Origin: Ascidiella aspersa | Lineage: Eukaryota | Direction of reading: 5' to 3' | Length of the DNA: 64,000 nt | Assembly: GCA_963924565.1 (NCBI GenBank) | Contig: OZ004608.1 | Location: 29,574,001-29,638,000 of the forward strand | Program-made: the position numbers and the translations under genes | The notes under the pieces: model-generated | What the model saw: the letters and a program-made list of their open reading frames with translations, nothing else | The model's database searches: none | What the model was told of the DNA's origin: nothing | Shown here: one piece after another, positions 14,301 to 29,300 of the stretch | Numbering within the stretch: the first letter of the stretch is position 1 | How the letters are laid out: the number at the start of each line of letters is the position of its first letter

Positions 14301-17300
14301 TTTACATGTTTATGAAGGGCATACGCGGGGTATCGACGTCTGGCACCGACGTACATGGGGCGTTTTAATAGCCATGTAGGGTTAACAACGTACGATGAAT
14401 CCAAAAAAATGACGCAGATAAAGGAACGATTTTGTTTCGTAAAACAATATGATATTTTGCTTGCCCTTTTCGCAACGTTTCAACGCAACATTGACAATAA
14501 CAGCCCCGGTTAGTTTTTCGCAGATAACGTTGACCAAGTTGCAGGACAATGACCGCCGATGGGGGCTTTACGTCATCGAAAAGTGGTCACGTCACGCCGC
14601 GGCAGCGTTGTTACGTCACAATCGCACGGAGACCGCACGGGTCACAACACGAGGCGGTATTATCAATGCACCGCTAGAACTATGCAATCGCGCCCAACCG
14701 TCGGAGATGGGAAAGCAAGAGATGAACAAATAAATGCAGAATCGATCTTTGACTTCTTTGTGTTTTAAAAGTTCTGCGAGCCGGCTTAAATAAATCGATA
14801 CTTAGCTCGATTTCGAAATTGGTTCGGCGAAGAGGTTTTATTAAACCCCGACTTCTATCTTACTATACACCCTTCGTTTAAATCACTGGTTTAACACAAT
14901 GGGCGTATTTATGTTTAAAACAATAGGAATGTAATTTGATTGGGCCTGCTGCTGCATAAGTACATCACTGTCAATATGTCAATTTTGTGGAGACCGATAT
15001 CGCACTTTAAAAACTGAAAGAAAATATACCTGTTTTTGTTGCTATTTATTTTAAAAATTATTATGAGCTTTTGTTTGGTATTCTGTAAAATTATTTTAGT
15101 ACATGCGTGTTTCATTACAAAAAGGATTTTAGCTGTGTTCCGCAGAAAGACTAGTAAGTACAATACAGATCGAATGTCCATTTTATGCTTACTTAAACAG
15201 GTCCATTCGCACTAAAAAAAAAAAACGAAAGTGAAGAAACAGTTATTATGTTATTTTTATTTTCAAGCATTATTTTTTCGCCTGGCGATCCGCAAAATTA
15301 TTTTAATGCTAAAATGTTCCGTGCCTCGAAAACGGTTAAAACACTGGCTTAACGGCACCGAAGTCTGGTTGGGCCTGAAGTTCTTGCCGAACTGTTGAGA
15401 AACTCTCTATAGTTAACTTTTACCATGTCCTCCTCGAGTCTTAAAAACACCCTAATAGGAAGTAGAAATGGGAGACAGCTGCTTTTCGAAGTTTGTTTAA
15501 ACTTGCGAACTAAGCAAGTATTTAAAAATCGATATTTTTTGGCTGGTGATTACATTTTGTGCTGTCGTCGTGCCATAGCATCAATGAGTTTTACCGTCGA
15601 ATATACAGAGCAAAACGCAACCTAATTAGCAGAGCTCCGTGCAACTTTAATTTTAATTTTTTTTGCAAAATACCCTCCGTTTAGCCAGTCTGCAACGCTC
15701 TATTTCTGAAAAGCAAGCCCGGCACAAAAACGCATCTGCACAACCACGCATGACCCAAGTAACGAAAAAAGCTCTCAAGGCACGATTACTTCCACGCACT
15801 GTCGCACTTTGGGGGAAGCACCCATGGTCGTCGTCAAACTTGCCGACAATGACGCTCTTTTCTTTCCGTTTCGCGCACAGCTGCCAACGGTATTTTGGGA
15901 TTGGGTGGCGAGAGATTGCCTTGTCATTCTAAGGGCGTAAAAAAGTGGGAAAAGCTTGGTATGACGTCACTGGCGAAAGGCTGGTGAGGTGGTTGTGGAA
16001 ATATTTGATGCGACAAAATCAGTAACGCTTGTTTCCAATGAAATAAGTCATACTTAATGTTTTAGTTTGTTGGGTATACTCAAACTGTGTCCAAGCCCTA
16101 ATTGACTTCAGTTACCAACAGTTGTCAATATGTTATTTCTTTAAATATTACCTTTTAAGATGGAAATCACCAAGTTAGATGACAAATTATGGCAATTGCT
16201 TTAGTAATTTGGTTGGATCGGCACCGATACCACCCTAGTATCGGACGAGTAGGCTACCAATAAACCGAGTTTAAATATTTTTTTTGCCTTCGTGGTCGAA
16301 ATATTAGTTTAAATAGATTTCGTTGTACACTGCGTGGCGTACAAACTCACCATTGGTTGTAATGCGTATAGCGGGTGCCTTTGGAAAGTCTATCCCTGAA
16401 ATAACCCATCCGAATTAGGAGTGAAGTGCAAGCAAGGCAAGCCTAGGAAAATTTAGCCAGTGGTGAGGTTCGAACTCACGACCTCGGCCATACCGGTACC
16501 GTTACTCGACCGAATGAGCTACGCAGGCTCAGTGAAAGTTTGCACGAGAAACGGCCAGGGCACAGTTGCCTGCTGCATCCTCTTTCGTACATACCAAGGC
16601 GGTTGGCCGTTGTTGGTTCAAGGAAATAATAAAAGTGCATGAAAGAGTAAAGAAAATAATAAAAGTGGATGTTGTCATATTGTGTTGTTTAATGATGCGC
16701 CTGACCTTTGACTACAAAATACCCGAAAATGGAACATATTATTTCTAACATGGCTTGCAGTTTAAAATCACTAGGCTTCAACAAACAGCTCAAAAACATC
16801 TTCCTTTTTCCCAAATTACGGGACGCGATTATAATCTATATTTAGAAATGTTTGCGTAGAGTCATTTAAAATCGATAGAGAAGCGATTCGTTATAAACCT
16901 CCTTTTTTTCATTGAGCATCTCCTTTTTGCTAATTTCGGAAGTCAAATATTTATTCTCATTGAAATAACCTAGGAAAATCGATCAGGTTAAAAGGTGTCA
17001 CTTGGGTTTCGCCGAAGGAAAAATTCCAAGAACACGTATTTTAAAAATAAAAAACTGCTCGACCAGTGCTGATACAACAGAAGGAGAACCACGTTTGTAA
17101 AAAAGAGGCCCTCAATGCGTTTTAGCCAACTAGGACCTGTTCAACCGTTTTTTGATTGGATTACAATTTAAGAGTATTTTAGTTTTTCCGATTTAAATTA
17201 GATTAGAATTAACGGATTCGCAAAAACTGTTAACTTACCCAACGGCGAACTAAAATTGGATTAGAATTACCCCAACTATAGAACCCCAAGTTCAATTTAA

Positions 17301-20300
17301 ATTAATTTGGCCCGATTTACAATTTATTCTAAAACACCGGCGAGTTTTTGAGATGTACGATTCACCTGTTTATCTCAAAACCGGCTGTGAAACTGAAAAA
17401 TTCCGTTAAAAACAACATATATTCAATTCTATATAAATTTGTGACAGATTATTTAAGAAAGAACTCTTATTCGTCGATAATCTAGCTGTCTCTTGCCTGA
17501 TGACTGAAATGCAGCACAATGAATAAAATCCGACAAACCTAGAGTCATCGCCGATCCCGGAGTAGAGTCCGGATTCGGATCGGTGTCCGGAGGATGCGTA
17601 GTCGTCCTGGAGCAGCTGGTTGAGGTCTCTCTGCGCGCGCAACTCATCCTGAAGAGCTTGCATCGTCAGCTGGGAATGCTGCAAAAACAACAAACAGTAT
17701 ACAAGGAATTTTCGATACTTAGGATAGCTTCGGTGCCTATCCGAAAACAGACTGTGTTCTCCTTGTTTTCTTCTTTCTATAGTCTGCCTCAGCAGTATAT
17801 GTAAACTTAGAATATAATCAGTTACTTGTTACCTTGATAAAAATTAATTTCGATACGTTCAAAACGATACCTACTTCTGTGTGGGCTTCGACATTTGTAT
17901 TGCGTTAAACTGTGTAGAGTTCTTTAAGTTACGCTTGAGATTTAAAGCAACGGTTACTATAGGATAAATTTGTCACTAAGGAGAAATACAACAAATGACG
18001 CTAACTAAACTTCTACCTACGCTGCCAATCAAATTAATCATCAACGTATAGCTAATATAGTGATTACACGTTTAGCTTAAATGGTTTTATTGAGTCGACC
18101 TTAGTAATGGCGTTATTGGTATCCGATGGTATACGGCCGTACTGTTTGCCAAAAATAAAGGGATATATATATCATTTCTGCAGTTACCATACTTGTGCGT
18201 TAATGGGACTATAAAACAAGCTTTAGAGGCTAACAAGCTTTAGAAGTTATATTGGTCAAGAAATGGTAATGTTCTCAGCAAATATGAAAACAAGTCAAAA
18301 TTTTATTGAATTTAAAATTAAAAACATAAAGCAACAGAAATAATAGAGGAATAATTTCGTAGGTTTGTGAACAGAGTTACGACGAATTAATTAAACACAT
18401 ACGTGCTACACATAAAATATTCAGTTTTATACAGTCGGAATCGGTCTATTAAAAAACGTGAAAGCGTAGGAGTGGTCGCCCACGCCCTGTTCCCGGCAAA
18501 AAAAATAGGCACCACGTGAGAGCCTACACAACACAGTGCCATTTTATGGAGCAATATATCGGTTTTATACGCATTTCAAATAAGGTCAGAGCCCCGCCCC
18601 CAACGCGTAACGGGTGCCACGCCTCCAAAAATCATATTTTTTTCCTCAGTGGGTCTCAACGCGTTGCTGTCGTAGTGTTTTGATGCAAGGGAAAAAACCG
18701 CAGGCGAGACACCCCATGTAATGCACCCTAGACATCGGCCGTCACTTTGGCAGCTTGCGTTGTGAGATGGAACGCGTCGATAAACGCATTAAATATTTAT
18801 GCAGTTCGGGCCACTTTCAAAACGCCGGTGACCTGCTTTTAGGACTCTAGGATAAACACGCTCGTGTCTTCTTTCTGTTGTGAGACGACGAAGCGAGCGC
18901 CGGATGTTTTTTTCGAAAACACATGGTTAATGTGTAGAGTGGCCGTCTTGTTATTTATTGTATGCGATAAAGCGCCCTAAAGGTGTTTATCGCGTGTGTC
19001 ACTTTTACTGATTGTTTTTTGATTTTGACAAGACAGCTAAGTACCACGATGCCTGTTCTTCCCTTTAAGCACTGTTTTTCAATCATCGTACAGCCGGTGG
19101 CACACAGATTCTTCTTATTCAGACTGTTCTTATTATATATTTTATGTTTTTACGGACTGTGCTTATTATAGGGTACCCATTAAGGATACGCGATAATATC
19201 GGATAACAGCGAGATGTAGTGTCGGTGCCGATCAGATACCAAATTCATCTAACCATTCCTGTCATGTTTGGTGATCTAAATGAGTGTTTTTCACTTAGGA
19301 TTTATTTTAGACGAACAACGTATTTGTAAAAAAGTAAACAAATTTTTCAAGCACTAAATTTTTTTCTTACCAACTGGGAAAACAAAACCTTTACTTAATA
19401 TATCTAAATAAAATGCGAAGTTTCGAACACTATAGTGCAAATGGGAGAAGTGAAGTTTTACAGGCAAAACCGCACTTTTTAAACACAAGCAGAATTGTTC
19501 TTTTCAAGGAAATGTCATTTTCGTGCAAAAGCGTACCTTGTTTCAGAATTCGCAAACTTGAAACGATCGAGGCATTTGACTTTTTTTGGTCTGGAAATCA
19601 GTTCTTAAAAATACCGAATAATTGAGCGAAAACAAATCCCACGACAATACAAAGTTTACGCGAATAGCTCAAGCGGCGTAATTGCGGTTAAAAGCAGACG
19701 TGTTTTGCTTACGGGCGCATTTGTCGATCGGAGCATTTTCCCACGAGGTTACGCTCAAAATGAATTAGAGCATTGAACGTCTAATCAACCAATGAAGATG
19801 GTATAGCGACGGTTTCCAGGTACGCAAAGAAATAAAGACACGCGAACTACAGTTATACGTATCGAATTTGTTTAGCCGCATGTTGGATGGTTTTGTGGTG
19901 AAAAAAATGGGAAAAATAAAAAACTTAATAAACAACAAAATATTTACAGCGCGAACATTCAGTGCTTGGCTGTTGTGTTACAAGTAACCAAAAAACACAA
20001 TCGACCGCAAAATAGCGTTTAATTGGAACACCGCGAATCTCACGTTCAGGTTTTCCCCGTTTCTCGCTATATTGCGACATCTAATCGGGTGACCTGCAAA
20101 ACGCAAACAATTTTGCATTTTTAAGCTGTGCCCCGTACAATTTTATGCTGTGTAATGTAAGGTTTTAAGCTGTGTAATGTACAAATTTAAGCTGCGTCAC
20201 ATAGAACCTGCCAGAGTTTGAGTATTACCACGAAAACGTGTAAGAGTGTCATAAGATTTACAAGGAGACAATAACTGTGATTGAAACAAATTTTGTTTTA

Positions 20301-23300
20301 AATGCGTCATTAATTGGTCGAAGAAAATAGTGCTAGTAATGGTTATCGACGAAATTTAACTAGCACGCGATCTGATAACGTATAGCGGTACGGGTGCATA
20401 GTAGTGATGCTGAAAATTGCAAACTAGTTTAATTACGATGACGCCATTCTTGTACACTGATGTAAAAATAGCAAACAAACTGGGTGCAGTGGTGCAAAAC
20501 TTGCATTTTCACGACCACGGTGCAACTGCCAAGCTTAAAAATCGTCAAACAACCGTGAATCAGTAATTTCGGGTCACGTATTTTTGTAACCGGCGCGGTC
20601 AAAAGTGTAGAGCTCGATACATAACAGGAAGAAACGTCTCGACTGAGTGCCGAGCTACACGTGAGTCAATCGAGCGTGTTTTGATAATATGCAAGATGTC
20701 GGGCTATGCAATATACGTAACGGCCACGCGATTGCATAAGGCATTGGCAACACCAAATACAGGAACAATATAAAGCTAATGGAATACGAAAGCAGAACTT
20801 GTCAGAATCACTTGGTCGACAATTAAACACAAGCAATCAGGCGAAAATAATACTCTTAATAACTTTACGGAATAGTGAATAATATCAGGATGATGTTTTC
20901 TTTTCTGGCTTAATTTAGCTTTTTTAAGTTACATATCGAGAAGAGACAGGGTTATTGGCTATTTTGGAGGCACAAACCACTGCTAATGACCTGAACATTA
21001 CCTAAAGTAGTAGAGATTACAAGAAACTAAACACCGCAGAAGTGCTACAATAATAGACATCCAAAGCGGCCATGCTGTAAGCTGCAATACACATCCGTCA
21101 AATTGCGAATAGCCAAGTTTCAATTTTTTAATTGCGATATACATGCGATAACATGGAACATAAAGTCGCACGACCAAAGTAAGGTTAATCGAACACGAAC
21201 TTTTATTTTGTCAAAAGGGGTAAATAGCTTAATTACACATTGTGTAGGAATCAAGTTAAAGTTTGTCAACCGTTCTAAAGGAGTTCCAATCCTAATCTAC
21301 GTCGATTCGCCTAGATTAGCCAATTGGTGCGATATCCCACTTCGCTAAGATGTTGAATCTACTACAAAGCGGCTTAAGGCAGATGTCCGGCGCGCACACG
21401 TAGCGGTAAAGGGAAAAGGGGTGTCAAAGATCTTGAGCAGGATGTACGTCTTATTTAACGTAGTGTGGTGATGCAATAAACTGACAGCGAGATAAAACTT
21501 TGTAAACTTAGAGTTGACCGAGATGAAATTTGAATGGACTTCCGACGAACCAGCCTATACGTGGTTTGTATTTTATTGCCAATGGCACCTTATGTGGGCA
21601 ACGGGCTGTTCTTTAACGCTATAGTTTTGGGGCACAACTTTGTGGGATCCGAACGGCTTTCAATTTAGTGCCCCTTCGCGACTTAAAAATTCAACTTCAA
21701 GCATAAGTATTTGGCAAACGTTTTTAAAGAAAAGTGCTGTTTATCTTTCTTACACTAAATTTGATCGGTTCTTATCAACATGCGTTTGTTTGTAATTGAG
21801 TGAGATGCGATGCACTATTAAGATGAGAAAAAAAAATCGTTGATCAAGGTATGTTAACTCGTGATTTCGTCATTGATCAAGATGCGACTCTACAATTGAT
21901 CAAGATGCGACTCTTTTTAGGAAGAAAGGTTTATAAGAGTAACCACTAACTTCACTGAGCAAGAGGAATATACTCTATTGGATGAAAAAAATCGTAACAA
22001 AACTTTTAGAAAAATCGTAACAAGAATTTTTAAAAGAAAACTAGTTATAAGAGTTACCACGAACTGCACGACCAATTGAATCTATTGGAACACAAAGTCG
22101 CAACATCAAATTTTATTTTGCAAGGCATCATCAACGACCAACCGAATGTGCGCTGACTCAAGGGAGCAATGCATATGTTGCAATGCACGCGTGAACGCCA
22201 AACACGTGTACTTAGGCACCACAGAGCACAAAAGCGTTAGACTTATTTCTGGGCGAGCGATTCGCGTCATGGCTGTAGAGGCGCCTGACAAGACAGGTCG
22301 GAATTCGCATAGATCTACCGATAGAGCGGCTTCGGGCATCTACAAATTGTCGTTTCGCGTTAAGGCACACGCCACAACGATATGATAATGTATACGGCAA
22401 GAAAAAAATCTGTAATATCATCTTTATTTCCGGATTTGCTAAGATGGGTGAAAATAAAAGAAAGTTGGTCGCATCTGTAAAGCGCCCTGTAATTAACCTT
22501 CGTACCAAAGATAAAACGGCGCAATGAAACAAAATTTTCCCGAAAATTTATTTTCGATCCACACATAAATCTTCCTAGACTGAGCTATTTCACAAGTGGT
22601 CATCGACTACTAAGATGGTAAATAGTTTTTTCTCGTAGCTTTTATCAAAAGCTAAAAAGCGCAGGTTAATATCAACAAATATCTGTTGTTAGATAATTAT
22701 CACGGCGAGTTACCGAGTTTTCCCGTAAAATCACATTTGAAGGCTAATTTAACCAAAGGTAACGATCGAGATGAGCTTGGTATTTTAACGTGAATACCCT
22801 AGGACCGCTTGGCATAATAACGAACTTTTAAGAAACTAAACGTAAATGAAATACAACGTTCTTTATCCGGACATTAAAAGATTTTGGTAAGTTTAATAAA
22901 AATAAAAAATAAAAAAACGATATTACGAAACAGTCCATAGTTACACTACAGAGTAATCCTTCGCCAAACAGAAGATATTTTTAATAAGACATGCGTAAGC
23001 TGTTAAGACGACTAATATTGTTAAAGTGTTGCTAAAAGCCCAGATTATATAAAAAAAAACATAGTTGAGCGGAAAAAGATTAGCAAAAATTTAATTAAAA
23101 CAGCAGTTAACGAACTTTAAATCAAATAAACTTTACACTACGCAAAAATCCCAACGGCAATAATACAAGCCTTGTGGACATAAAAAGTTACATTTGCATA
23201 TATTCGCAAACGGCATATTTTATTAAAATTATGCAACATATGATAGAATAAATTAGCAAACGGGTATTGCCTTGCGCACCACCACCGACCAAATATGTGC

Positions 23301-26300
23301 AAAAAATCAAAAATATTAAATAGAAATAGCATTACAAATGCTGTGCCCCTGCGCAGTGCGCTATATCAAGTACTATTTCCGATTTAGCCTCGTGATAGCC
23401 GCAGTCTACAGTGGTCCACTTTAGACGAAGCCCGGTCTTTAATTAGCTTTTAGCAGAAAACGCGTAGTTGACATTTTCCGCTTAAAGTTTACGCTATTGC
23501 CTAATTAAAAACTCGACGTAGATTCTAAGAGCGTCGCTATAAAAAGCAATCCGGTTTAATAAGCAGGGTAGAAGATTTAACCGGGGAAAATTGCGCGCCG
23601 GAAACTGAGCCAAGCAGTCAACCAAATGTTGTTTATAGCTGATATCCTAAATAATATTTTAATTTGTTTGGGCAGCGTGAAAATTTGCTCGACGTAAGCG
23701 TAACTACGTCACACTATTTACATGGTGCAGGCGATTGGTAAAGTTATTTGTGGTAAACATGGCTAAATAAAAAGTATGACGCTCCAAAATATAGTAACTA
23801 AAATATACCGGTAATTTTTTTTTTCAACAAATGCTTCTTTTAACGGACCGATTAAACTATATGTGATAGGAAGTATTTGCTACTTAAGAAATTTATTTCT
23901 ATTTTTGTCCGCTAAGTAAATTTCTTGTTAAAACTAGAACATTATTACTCAACCACAAAAAATGGGGTTTCAATATATAAGTTTTTTTTGACTAGGCGAG
24001 AACTGTAGGCAAATCAAGAACGGGGCGTTTGGCATTTATTCCGGGGTCTATTTATCCATTGTGACATCACCCACCTGATTTTCCTCCTGCGCGACCTTGA
24101 GCTGTTCTCGGAGCGCGATGATCCGGATGCTTTCCTCCTTCCTCAGGGATCTTTCCTTCTTCAGCTCCGGACTCCAGAACGTCTTGATGGTGTTCATGTT
24201 CGACTGGAGCTTGCTCTCCTGGAGGATTCACAGACAAATGCGATGGCGTTTCGTGCTGTGTTGTTACGTCATAGAAAAGACGTGCTACGTCATTAGGAAG
24301 ATACAAATATTGGACCGCATAATAGTCTCAAGATAAAGCGATGACATTCGGACTTGTTACGTCGTAATAAAGACGTATGGCGTCATAATAAACACATGAT
24401 ACGTTATCATGAAAACCCATGTTAAGATAATAAAATGCAAAGCCAAAAAGGTCGAGTAGATCGACATGATCTTTTTTTAAGATGTTTCGATACGAGCTTG
24501 TATTATCTTTATAATGCTTTAACTATAGAAACTTGGACTGAAAACAATTGCGTCCCACCTTTTATAAGTGATGCTTGAATTACTTCTCAGCCACATTACT
24601 GAAGATAATACAAGCGCGATCTACTCGACCTTTTTGGCATTTCAATTTATTATCAAGCTACCAAACAGTGTACACATGTTAAGATATTTAAGGGCTGTAT
24701 AACAATTTGAAGCATTCACAAATAAAGAAAGTGTAATTCATACTTGATAATTCGCTAGCAATATGGTATAATATTGGAGCATCCCCAGTAAATTTACAAG
24801 TCAGGCTCTTCGCTTATTTTAGTACCATAGTTGGTAAAACAGGTTTTAAATTAGTTGAGCCTCAATAAGAAGATTTATTACTTAATTATTACTTTATCGA
24901 GTTGGAAATGTATTACCTACTCACAGGAAACCAGCAACACTTATTGCACCTGTGATAGCTAATCAAGTAACAAAAAGCAAATGTCGAAAATATTAAAACG
25001 TGCGCTCCCGTGTTGATAACTACAAATGCTGAGCTCTTGGTTTTGTAAACAGTTTCTGTGATGTTTTAAGCAAAATTTAGTATCAGCATGCCAATCTCTG
25101 ACGCTCGCATATACGGCAAACGGAGTCCGATTACGCACGTTGTAAACATACGTAACGCAAACGCGGAACAATTGGACAATTATGGGGATCTAAATAATCA
25201 AAAAGCCGTAGAGAAAACAGCCGGTGGCAAAACAGGACCAATTTGTTGCGGAAAGCATCTATAAAAATTCAGTCACAATCTGAATTCATCAAAACAGTTT
25301 ACTGTACAGCTCGGTTCTCTTCCATTACGTTAGTTAGATTTTGACGTGCGAGACAGCCAGGGTCCGCTTGAAATAAAATAAACCAGACTCAGAAAGGTTA
25401 GGTAAAAAATGCGAGTTTCATTCTATTCGATAAAAATCGCATTTGCCAGTTATGAAAGCTTAAATAAGTAGTCCAGGGTTGTCTTAACCTGCAGGTATTG
25501 TCTAAATGACCCTTATAAAGAAAATAAGCACGGAAGGATGTTCGTTTTACCTGCGCGTAGCATCAAACGTCTAACCGTAGACGGGGTCCTCATAAGGGTC
25601 AAATAAACGGCACACAACGCACTGAACAGATACGCAGAAAACACGTAGCGTAAAAATGCACTAGGGCTAAAAATAATTCGACTTCTTTTTAAACCTTAAT
25701 TGATTAACTAGTGAACGCTGTGCTTGTAGGTGAAGTTATTCTTGTGAAGGAGTAAGGAATTCAACTTTATTACTGCGGAAATGACATTACCATGACCGGG
25801 GTCGCAGAATGACTCGGGTACATACCTGTTGTTTTTTAAGGTGAAGCATATCCTTTTACTATAAACTCCAGACGTTCGAAACTTATTGCATGAGTTCCGA
25901 CCTAACTACTATTTGTGATAGAAACTTATCTGCTATCGATATTGTCCGGCAAGATGCGTTCTCACCTAAAAGGAGTGTCCTTCAAAATCGGATTGGACAA
26001 AATGACGACGTTAAGAAAATGAGAACTATACCTACGTCATACGTATTAGGCGCCTACTTTTGAATCAAGCTTTCGCATGAATCTTAACAAAGGGTAGGAG
26101 ATACCCATACGTTCAATTGAAACAAAGAAAGGCTTCGGTCTTCGAACTGAAAGCAAGACTTTCGACATACTCGTCACAGTTACCAACACTCACTTTTAAA
26201 TCGATCTCCCGCCTCAGAGCTTCGTTTTCTTGCTGCAGTTGTAGAATGAAGTCGCCGCCACTGGCTCTTTTTCGCTCTTCTGAAAGCAAAGTAGTGTTAA

Positions 26301-29300
26301 ACTTCCATTGCTTTCGTGATGACAAACAAAATATTAGTTGTTTTTTGACCCGAAACAATCCGATATGCTTTCTGCGTGAGTATGATTAGGGCTAAAGGAC
26401 ATTAACCTTATAAAAAGCGCAAGTCATATTCAAAAGAACGAATACACACCAATAATGTCTATGGGAAAAACATCAGTATCAAAAGCGTCCATACAATTAC
26501 TGCAAATGATAAAAAAATGACAAATTCGAACGGAATATTGGCTACATCGTAAAATGCGTATACAAAAACCTGTTAGCTAATCAAAACATATTCTCGTTTT
26601 GAAAGATAAATGGCGACATTGATTTTAAAAGCATAGTGGCGAATATTAGGTGAACTAAAGCTAAATTAAAGGCAAGATTTGTAAGGTATTATCTTTAAAA
26701 CTTACTTATTTTGATTACAACAACATACAGCAAGCAAATAAGTTTTTAAAGTGAGAATCACTTATCCACAAAAATTTAGCAATTGAATTTTCTATATAAC
26801 CACTTAAACTTGGCAGTTCCTAGCTAAGCTACATAAAAATTACAAAAAAACAAAATTAGCCTAAAAAATAAGCAACCTGTTCCGTTAATCTGCAGCGTGT
26901 TGCTCCCTCCAGTGCTGGATGCAGGTCGGCTCTGGGAAGAGGAAGAAGCGGTAGAGGAGGTGGTGGTGGATGCCGCAGAGGAGCTGTTTAATCTTCCATT
27001 TGCTCCCATGTTGTTGTCCAGTGTGCCGGCCGACAGGTTGGGAGTGGACGCCATCACAGAAATCCGGCCTCTAAAAATTGGGCTTATATAAAGTTTTACT
27101 GCAACTGAAAACATTTATCGTTGGAAATCTTGTTATGACAATACAATAGAGAAGATAAACTTGCTTTAAGTAGTAAGATAAATGTTTTAATTGTTAAGAC
27201 AGTCCAAAGAAAAGAATTAGAATTTAATTATTGAAAGCTTTATGTAAAATAGAGTAAAAATTAAAACTATTTTTTTAAGGTTTGGGTTTTAAAGTAGCGA
27301 GTTTTTTTATTAGATTAAGATTTTTTTGCAGAAAAGCTTAGCTTTGAAGAAAACAGTAATCCCATATTTGGTTTAGGTTTAAAGTTTGCTATCTAGGGTT
27401 AAAAAAGTGCTGCATACTTCATACTGAGCGTTGATATATATAAACTAAATATCCAACATCTTTACAGAATTTTGCGGTCAACAACTATTCTCCAACTAAA
27501 CAAAAAGCCGATTTATCATAAAGAGGTGCCAGCTATTCAAAAAGGTCAGAGTCAATTTATCTTTAGTGTTGTGACAGGTACAGGACTAAGGGGCCACTTC
27601 AGCTTTCTAAAGGGGCTCTCACTGTGAGAACAAAGAGTTTTCAGACCACCCCGTTGTTGAAGGATACAATTGTGGTGTTGGGTTATTGTCAGAAATGGTC
27701 ATATTGGGTCACACAAAGGTTGTGGTGAGCAAAAGTGGCCTTTAGGTGCCATTATTTGTAATTCTGTTGTTTCGCATTGTGACATGAAGTATAATTGGAG
27801 AAGGAAATTACATAAATTTTAACTGGCAGGAAAGGATAGCAACGCTGTGCCTGTTTATGCCACTACTATAGTTAATGGCATGTTGGCCTATTTAAGAAAC
27901 CAGCTGTTAAAAGTATGTCTTAGGGTAAATGGTATAGATTTTTATCATAAATAATAAGTATTGTAAGATAAAATACCATTTAAATTTGTTTTTTACAGGA
28001 TTAATCTGTGCTTTAAAAAAATAAGAGCAATTAGTGTTGTAGTTTTTTTTTAAATGAAAACAGATAGAAAAATACTGTTTAGATTAGGACAAGGTGAGTT
28101 ATAAAAACTGGACCATATATTTATAAACTGAAAGGAAATGTGTTTTCACAAAATTGTTACATATAATTACCTCTAAATTTTACTAACCTGTGTCTCCCTG
28201 GACTTGAACTTCGATAAGCAGAAAGTGAATTTAATCTTCCTAAGGTATTTGATCCACCCTTGCTTTTGTAGTTACTTGAGTAGGACGAACTATTGGTGTA
28301 TGCAGCATTTAGCGACTGTGAAAGAAAGTGTGAATAAGAGTAACATTGGTCATTTTAAATAAAATACAAGTGAGAGTTTTGTAAACATTTCGAGAAGTTG
28401 TTGGTGTGCCAGAGAAGGTGTTGTGCGACATACTGTTCAATGTTATTGAAACAATGGATAAGTTTATTTCAAGTTACTACAGCAGAATAATTGAAAATGA
28501 AAACTGGTCAAACGTTGAAAATATAAAATAAAGTTTATTTGGGAAAGTTTAAAAAATGTGCTAAATCTTTAATATCATATTTTTTATGGGTTTGATAAAA
28601 TGTAGCAATTGAATAGCTTATCACAGGAAAGTACCATTTAAAGAGCATGGCAATCTGTTGCAATAATTGATAACAAAAACAAAGACGAAGAATTGACATG
28701 TTTTACAAGACAGCTTCTGTAAGGCACACATCTTAATCATGCGCATGCCATTGTTGTGAACAGGACAGAGGGTCTCTGTGGCAGATTAGTTCTGCCAACA
28801 GGAAGCGGCAATACATTACTGTGACATCACATTCAAGCACGCTCTTTCTTTCTTTCCGGTGCTGGCCGATGTGCCATTCGTAATCAAAACAAATACCGCA
28901 ACACAACACAGCAGCAGGCAACGCAAGCTGCCTGTGACTGGTCAGCGGACAAGACAGAAAGTAGCCATTGAGTCTCCACTGACATGACATGACAAGGGAA
29001 GAAATGAGAGCACTGGATTCTAGCTGGCGAGTAAAAAAAATGTTGTGCGTCATTGTGTTTGGCGTGTGACAGCAGCGAGGCGGGCCTCTAACTAAGTTGT
29101 AAAAATAGAGGTGTCCCGACATGAAATGGGAAACAGTATATAAACATGGCAGGGACACAATGCAAACAGAATTGCAGTGCTGCCCCTACGGAGTAGATCA
29201 TTTATTGGCACGTTAAAGGTTGAGACGGGATAATTTGTTGCCTAATGGGACCGAGTGCTGATAAGGAATTCCATTTAACACACACAGTTGTGTAGCTGCC

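Noticed and set aside
16456-16528. Functional tRNA-Thr gene
   Set aside because: Mismatched acceptor and anticodon stems, C33 and an atypical GGT anticodon.
28733-29158. 141-aa minus-strand ORF in the ELKS intron
   Set aside because: No domain or coding signature; more likely upstream regulatory or UTR sequence of the GPCR (TATATAAA at ~29137).
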